From the NCBI GenBank assembly GCA_903944345.1, contig CAJARJ010000009.1, positions 1,875 through 65,874 of the forward strand: a stretch of 64,000 nt of DNA, written 5' to 3'. This DNA is from Candidatus Omnitrophota bacterium. Lineage in GTDB: Bacteria > Omnitrophota > Gorgyraeia > Zapsychrales > Fredricksoniimonadaceae. Positions 60,051 through 64,000 of this stretch are shown piece after piece (position 1 is the stretch's first letter; every line of letters begins with the position of its first letter). Under the pieces are notes generated by a model. That model saw nothing but the letters and a program-made list of their open reading frames with translations. It made no database searches and was not told the DNA's origin. A program made the translations under genes and the position numbers.

Positions 60051-60445
60051 AATGCCTCCATAATCTCAATCAGGATCCCATCCGGGTCTTTAATAAAAAA
60101 ATAGCGGGCGCCATTGTCAAACGAGCGAAGAGGCGTAGCCATTGCAACGCCGGCTTTAAGAAATTTGCTGTATACAGGGCGAATCCGATCCACTTCGACC
60201 GAGAAATGCTTGACCCCAAGAGTTCGCAAATCCCGATCCAGTTCCCGCCGGTAAGCTGGAAGGGGTTTGTGTTTCCGGAACTCAAAAAGTTCAAGAACCA
60301 GACCCTCTTTACGCATCATCACAATCGAAAAACCACGATCGGGATACGCATAGGTATTCGTCGTTCTAAGACCAAAGAAGCGCCGATAGAACTGAACCGA
60401 CTGCGACAGATCAGAAACACTCAGTGCGATATGACCCAGCCTCAC
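60047..60445 (-). CDS. VOC-family (glyoxalase/bleomycin-resistance/dioxygenase fold) protein
   Basis: 132 aa, MRLGHIALSVSDLSQSVQFYRRFFGL... is a typical VOC N-terminus. Confidence 0.7.
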   Translation of the reverse strand: MRLGHIALSVSDLSQSVQFYRRFFGLRTTNTYAYPDRGFSIVMMRKEGLVLELFEFRKHKPLPAYRRELDRDLRTLGVKHFSVEVDRIRPVYSKFLKAGVAMATPLRSFDNGARYFFIKDPDGILIEIMEAL

Positions 60446-62094
60446 ACCCGCCCCAATCCGAATGGCGGATAGACCTCGGATTCAACCACAACATCGATCA
60501 GAGCAGATTTCCCGCAGGCCAGCGCCTTCTGGAAAGTCGCGTCAAAATCTTCCAGTTTCTCAACCCGGGCACCAAAAGCCTTGCAGGCATCAGCATACTT
60601 GACGAAATCAGGGTTATCAAACTGCATAAAAGCCTGGTCACCAAACATGTTGAGCAAAAACTTTTTGATCACATTAAATTCGCCATTATTGAAAATAACC
60701 CAGACAACCGGAATATTGTACTGAATAGCTGTCATCAGCTCGAATCCGGCCATCTGATAAGCTCCATCCCCGCAGCCACAAACTACCGTTCGCTCCGGAT
60801 GAGCGCACTTGACGCCAATAACACCATTAACATGACTGGCCATAGGCCCGAAACTTCCGGGATTCTGATAAAGCTGATAACGCTCCAGTTTCAGATAACA
60901 GTTCAGCCAGAGCATATGCGAACCGGCATCTCCCATAATGATTGCATTTTCCGGCAGATTGCGCGATATCGCCCGGACCAGATCGGCGGGATGAATCTTC
61001 TTCCCCGGAGACTGCACCGGAAGGTCGTACCATTTTTCTGTCGTCACCTTCTTGGGTTCGATTGTCCCGACCAAAGAAGCGAGCGCGGCATTCAGGGCCA
61101 GAATGGCAGGTTTTGCATCACTCAAAACCGCAAAATCGGGTTTGTAAACCTTTCCGATCTCATGCGGATCAATATTCACATGGATTAAGGTTTTGTCTTT
61201 AAAAAGATCGGCTTTGAAAGCAAAGGTAGCGTTCTGCGCAAACGAATTACCAATGGCCAGAACAATCTTGCTGGTATCAAAATATTTGTTCGCCCCCGGA
61301 TCTCCGGAGGTGCCATAGACTCCAAGACATAGCGGATGATTCTCCGGAATAATCCCCTTGGCATCCATCGTCGCAGTGAAGGGAATCTGGTAACGTTCAA
61401 GAAAGGCCAGGATCTCTTTTTCTCCATGACTTCTGATAATCCCGTAACCCAGAATCGCCATAACCTGATCACGATTGTTGATGCCTGCGGCCAGAGCGGA
61501 AACAGCCGAACGAATCTGGGATTCCTGCGGCTGAACCTGTTTAATATCCAGACGAATCTTCCTGAAATTATTGACCTTGGCAATCGTTATATCTTTGGGA
61601 ACATGAATATGCACCGGTCCGGGGCGACCCTCATAAGCCAGATTAATCGCCTCCTCGAGAATATCGCATACCGTATCGGCATCTTCAATAATAAATGATT
61701 TCTTGGTCGTTGCATTGAACATCTTTGGCGCATCGGGCGTACGGCTCAAACCGGTTGATTCGTTAAGGGCGCCTTTACCCCGATCCCTAGAAGAAGTAAA
61801 GCCGGATATAGCCAAAACCGGCAAAGAATCGGAATATGCAACCGCCAGACCGGAAAGCAGATTAAATTCTCCCGGGCCTCCGGTAGCAAAACAAACTCCC
61901 AGCTTGTCGGAAAACATGGCATATCCACAAGCCATAAAAGAAGCGGCCTGCTCATTACGGATAATCACGGTCTTGATCTGCGTTGACTTCTTGAGGGCCA
62001 GCAGCATCGAGCCATTAACTTGTCCGGATCCGCCAAACACATGATCAACCCCGATTTCTTCCAGTGCCGAAACGATCGCCTCATTGACGTCCAT
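60442..62094 (-). CDS. thiamine-pyrophosphate-dependent enzyme (acetolactate synthase / benzoylformate decarboxylase-like)
   Basis: N-terminal Pyr domain (GVDHVFGGSG, GGPGEFNLLSGLAVAYSDSLPVLAISG) and C-terminal TPP motif GCGDGAYQM...VIFNNGEFN. Confidence 0.75.
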   Translation of the reverse strand: MDVNEAIVSALEEIGVDHVFGGSGQVNGSMLLALKKSTQIKTVIIRNEQAASFMACGYAMFSDKLGVCFATGGPGEFNLLSGLAVAYSDSLPVLAISGFTSSRDRGKGALNESTGLSRTPDAPKMFNATTKKSFIIEDADTVCDILEEAINLAYEGRPGPVHIHVPKDITIAKVNNFRKIRLDIKQVQPQESQIRSAVSALAAGINNRDQVMAILGYGIIRSHGEKEILAFLERYQIPFTATMDAKGIIPENHPLCLGVYGTSGDPGANKYFDTSKIVLAIGNSFAQNATFAFKADLFKDKTLIHVNIDPHEIGKVYKPDFAVLSDAKPAILALNAALASLVGTIEPKKVTTEKWYDLPVQSPGKKIHPADLVRAISRNLPENAIIMGDAGSHMLWLNCYLKLERYQLYQNPGSFGPMASHVNGVIGVKCAHPERTVVCGCGDGAYQMAGFELMTAIQYNIPVVWVIFNNGEFNVIKKFLLNMFGDQAFMQFDNPDFVKYADACKAFGARVEKLEDFDATFQKALACGKSALIDVVVESEVYPPFGLGRV

Positions 62095-62105
62095 TGTTAC
62101 TCCCC

Positions 62106-62327
62106 TTACTTTGTCTGATTGAACTTCCCGACAGCCATCTTGGGCGGACGCTTGGAGAAAAGTACCCCGTCACAAGCCGCATTATCCAAAGTGTGCCCGT
62201 TAAAAAACAGATAAATACGATCCTTGGGAACCTTGGAAACTTCCGAAAAAATTGTTATATATTTATCGGCAAGAATCTCTTTTTGTTCATCGGTCAACTC
62301 TAAAGAATGAATCATGATTGCAGGCAT
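62106..62327 (-). CDS. 4-oxalocrotonate-tautomerase-family protein
   Basis: 73 aa beginning MP (the catalytic Pro1 arrangement) with tautomerase-size beta-alpha-beta. Confidence 0.55.
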   Translation of the reverse strand: MPAIMIHSLELTDEQKEILADKYITIFSEVSKVPKDRIYLFFNGHTLDNAACDGVLFSKRPPKMAVGKFNQTK

Positions 62328-62344
62328 ATGGCAAGCTCCCGGGA

Positions 62345-62390
62345 GTAAAAGTTCTCCCGCCTGCCTCCTGAGAACAGAGACAGACGGGAG
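62345..62390 (-). terminator. stem-loop with short U-tract between the DJ-1 paralog and the tautomerase gene (possible attenuator or partial terminator)
   Basis: An imperfect ~14-bp inverted repeat CTCCCGCCTGCCTC...GAGACAGACGGGAG with 9-nt loop. On the transcribed strand it is followed by AACUUUUAC. Confidence 0.3.
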
Positions 62391-62406
62391 AGCGGTTATG
62401 CTGGAA

Positions 62407-63183
62407 TTACTTCAATGTCGCAAGAACTTCAGCGATTTTCTTGCCATAGGCAATGGAAGACTCAACGGATGTTCCGGTCACAAAAGGCCAGTCAAAAGCC
62501 ACTTCAGGATTGTCGCGGTTAGCCTTGTAATTGGCCACACAAACGCCATTAGGGCCAACAGCATCACGCACCAGGTGCTCCAGCGGCCACAGGAAACCGG
62601 GAGTATGAACGTCAGTCCCCTTGTTATCGGCGGTTGTACCGTAGAGATCATAGGTAAAATCCCATTCCGGGCCATAGAAATCCCAGGAAGCCGGATGAGC
62701 GGCAACGCGCTTGCCGTAAATAACGCTCTTCATATCCTGCTGCGGATCGCGCAAGAAAACCAGAGCAGAAACGGAATAGCACAAAGCGCCTACCAGTTTA
62801 TTAGTGCGGATCGCGTCCAGAATAAGCTTATGCAAACTCCAGTTATTGGCCATGTCGATCATCGCGCCCAACCCGCCGGTCAGAACAATACAATCATAAT
62901 CAGCCATCTTGGCATCCTTGAACTTGATGGATTTGGCCCACTCGTTGCCATCGGTCAATTCCTTGATACGCTTGCAGACATCCGGAGGATTGGTCTTGGC
63001 GTTGATGACCGGATCGGTGAAATCAGGATTCATACTGACTGCCAGTGGCAGGGGTTTTTTACCCTGAGGAGTCGCCAGCGTCAACTCATGGCCGGCGGCT
63101 TTGAGAATATCCCAGGGAGCCTGAAGCTCTTCTCCCCATGTTCCGTAATTTGTCGCACAGATTAAAACTTTCTTCTTACCCAT
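62407..63183 (-). CDS. DJ-1/PfpI / class-I glutamine-amidotransferase-like family protein
   Basis: 258 aa; KKVLICATN..., conserved Cys in LVGALCYSVSAL and His further C-terminal. Confidence 0.65.
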   Translation of the reverse strand: MGKKKVLICATNYGTWGEELQAPWDILKAAGHELTLATPQGKKPLPLAVSMNPDFTDPVINAKTNPPDVCKRIKELTDGNEWAKSIKFKDAKMADYDCIVLTGGLGAMIDMANNWSLHKLILDAIRTNKLVGALCYSVSALVFLRDPQQDMKSVIYGKRVAAHPASWDFYGPEWDFTYDLYGTTADNKGTDVHTPGFLWPLEHLVRDAVGPNGVCVANYKANRDNPEVAFDWPFVTGTSVESSIAYGKKIAEVLATLK

Positions 63184-63221
63184 TCGATCCTCCTTGTATT
63201 AATTTAAACTACCCGCCTGAT

Positions 63222-63602
63222 TCAATACTTCCGAGATGGCTTTTTTGCTGCAGCCTTTTTGCCCGTCTGACTCTTTTCCATCCACGGGAAATCTTTCTTG
63301 ACCGGAGTAAAAAGGTCAATAGCTTCCGTCTGTCCGACCGCAATAAACTCATGCAAAACATTCGCAGGAATAAAATAGGCATCGCCCGCCTTGAGCACGG
63401 CCTTCTCTCCGCCAATATCCATCTTGAAACCACCCTTGATCACGTACCCGAACTGTTCCTGCTTGTGTTTGTGCATCTTGACCACACTCTTGTCAGCCAT
63501 ATCCCAGTGCTGGGCATTAAGCTTTTTGCTTTCCCCCAAATACTGACGGATCACCCCGCCGCCCATATCAAACTTCTCAAGCTTGCTCCTGAACACATAC
63601 AT
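63222..63602 (-). CDS. cupin-domain protein
   Basis: 126 aa with cupin motifs HKHKQEQFGYVIKG and GDAYFIPANVLHEF. Confidence 0.65.
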   Translation of the reverse strand: MYVFRSKLEKFDMGGGVIRQYLGESKKLNAQHWDMADKSVVKMHKHKQEQFGYVIKGGFKMDIGGEKAVLKAGDAYFIPANVLHEFIAVGQTEAIDLFTPVKKDFPWMEKSQTGKKAAAKKPSRKY

Positions 63603-63631
63603 TATATTGCCTCTTTCGTTTCAATTTATTT

Positions 63632-64000
63632 TCAGGCCGAAATCAAATCAATAATCTTTCGGGCAAATAAATTGCAATGCCCCCCGCTGCGGGCAGTCAC
63701 CAGATCTCCATCCACTACAACATCCTGATCACAATAAACTGCCCCCATATTTCTGGCATCACCCACAAGATTATTGTGCACAACCAGCTTTCGTCCTCTG
63801 ACCAGTTCCGGAGCAGAGGCTGCCAGCCACAAACCATGACAAATGATCCCTTTGATAATAGTCTTTTCAGCGAAAACTCTCTTGAGAAACTCCACCGCCG
63901 GAGGAAGAACATTGACATCCTGGGTATAACGCAAACGATCCGCAACCATTCCAGCCGGGACAATGATGGCCGAGTAACTTTTTAATTCCTCAGCCGACAT
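63632..64000 (-). CDS. DJ-1/PfpI-family protein, C-terminal part (gene likely continues upstream beyond the window end)
   Basis: Elbow motif GIICHGLWLAASA and ...GDLVTARSGGHCNLFARKII. The window ends exactly on an in-frame ATG, but the N-terminus is probably outside. Confidence 0.65.
   Translation of the reverse strand: MSAEELKSYSAIIVPAGMVADRLRYTQDVNVLPPAVEFLKRVFAEKTIIKGIICHGLWLAASAPELVRGRKLVVHNNLVGDARNMGAVYCDQDVVVDGDLVTARSGGHCNLFARKIIDLISA

Noticed and set aside
60424-61188. 254-aa plus ORF
   Set aside because: It is antisense to the TPP-dependent enzyme gene, which has the GDG...NN TPP motif.
62314-63165. 283-aa plus ORF
   Set aside because: It is antisense to the DJ-1/GATase1-like gene (62407-63183).
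1-64000. Search for a CRISPR array, transposase/integrase, toxin-antitoxin pairs or phage genes
   Set aside because: There are no regularly spaced short repeats, no recombinase-like ORFs and no phage structural genes. The only mobile-element signature is the tRNA-Lys scar.

Overview
This 64-kb chromosomal window comes from a Gram-negative (diderm) bacterium, shown by lpxB, FadL and ShlB/FhaC-type outer-membrane genes. The gene content would fit a deltaproteobacterium, but that is inference only. Nearly all genes are on the minus strand. No rRNA, CRISPR array, transposase or integrase is visible.

From left to right the window holds:
- a regulatory PTS cluster (ptsN, a YvcK-like gene, ptsH, ptsI), with ptsI truncated at the window start;
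- three minus-strand tRNAs: Gly-GCC, Leu-TAG, Lys-TTT;
- frr, pyrH, tsf, rpsB, and a divergent lpxB;
- a PilZ protein, a chorismate-binding (PabB-like) enzyme and GlgE;
- two tandem sensor kinases (a multi-PAS kinase and a receiver-kinase hybrid);
- tRNA-Lys(CTT), whose 3' end plus terminator is duplicated exactly (83 bp) 169 bp downstream, next to further degenerate repeats;
- a 799-aa secreted orphan protein, a Zn-ribbon SAM methyltransferase and prfC;
- a complete MoxR / DUF58 / DUF4381 / BatA-E aerotolerance-type operon, extended by an IMPase-family gene and a YhcH-family gene, and preceded by a kinase / CheY-like regulator / HD-GYP module;
- FadL and yceD-rpmF-plsX-fabH-fabD;
- coaD, rsmD and recG;
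- an M48 peptidase (with tandem zf-TFIIB ribbons), LemA and a small protein with an apparently leaderless promoter;
- a DUF3307 membrane protein on the plus strand;
- a four-gene operon: ShlB/FhaC-type TpsB, FecR-domain protein, beta-barrel OMP, CHASE2 adenylate cyclase;
- a 12-gene co-directional array, mostly translationally coupled, running off the window end: YD-repeat secreted protein, two secreted FGE-sulfatase-domain proteins, an MFS transporter with an inserted domain, three DJ-1/PfpI paralogs, a 4x DUF1566 protein, a VOC enzyme, a TPP-dependent enzyme, a 4-OT tautomerase and a cupin.

The two strongest candidates for uncharacterised systems are the orphan TpsB / FecR / OMP / CHASE2-cyclase operon and the FGE-sulfatase / DUF1566 / detox-enzyme array. 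Hand-derived coordinates (tRNAs, repeats, promoters) may be off by 1-2 nt.
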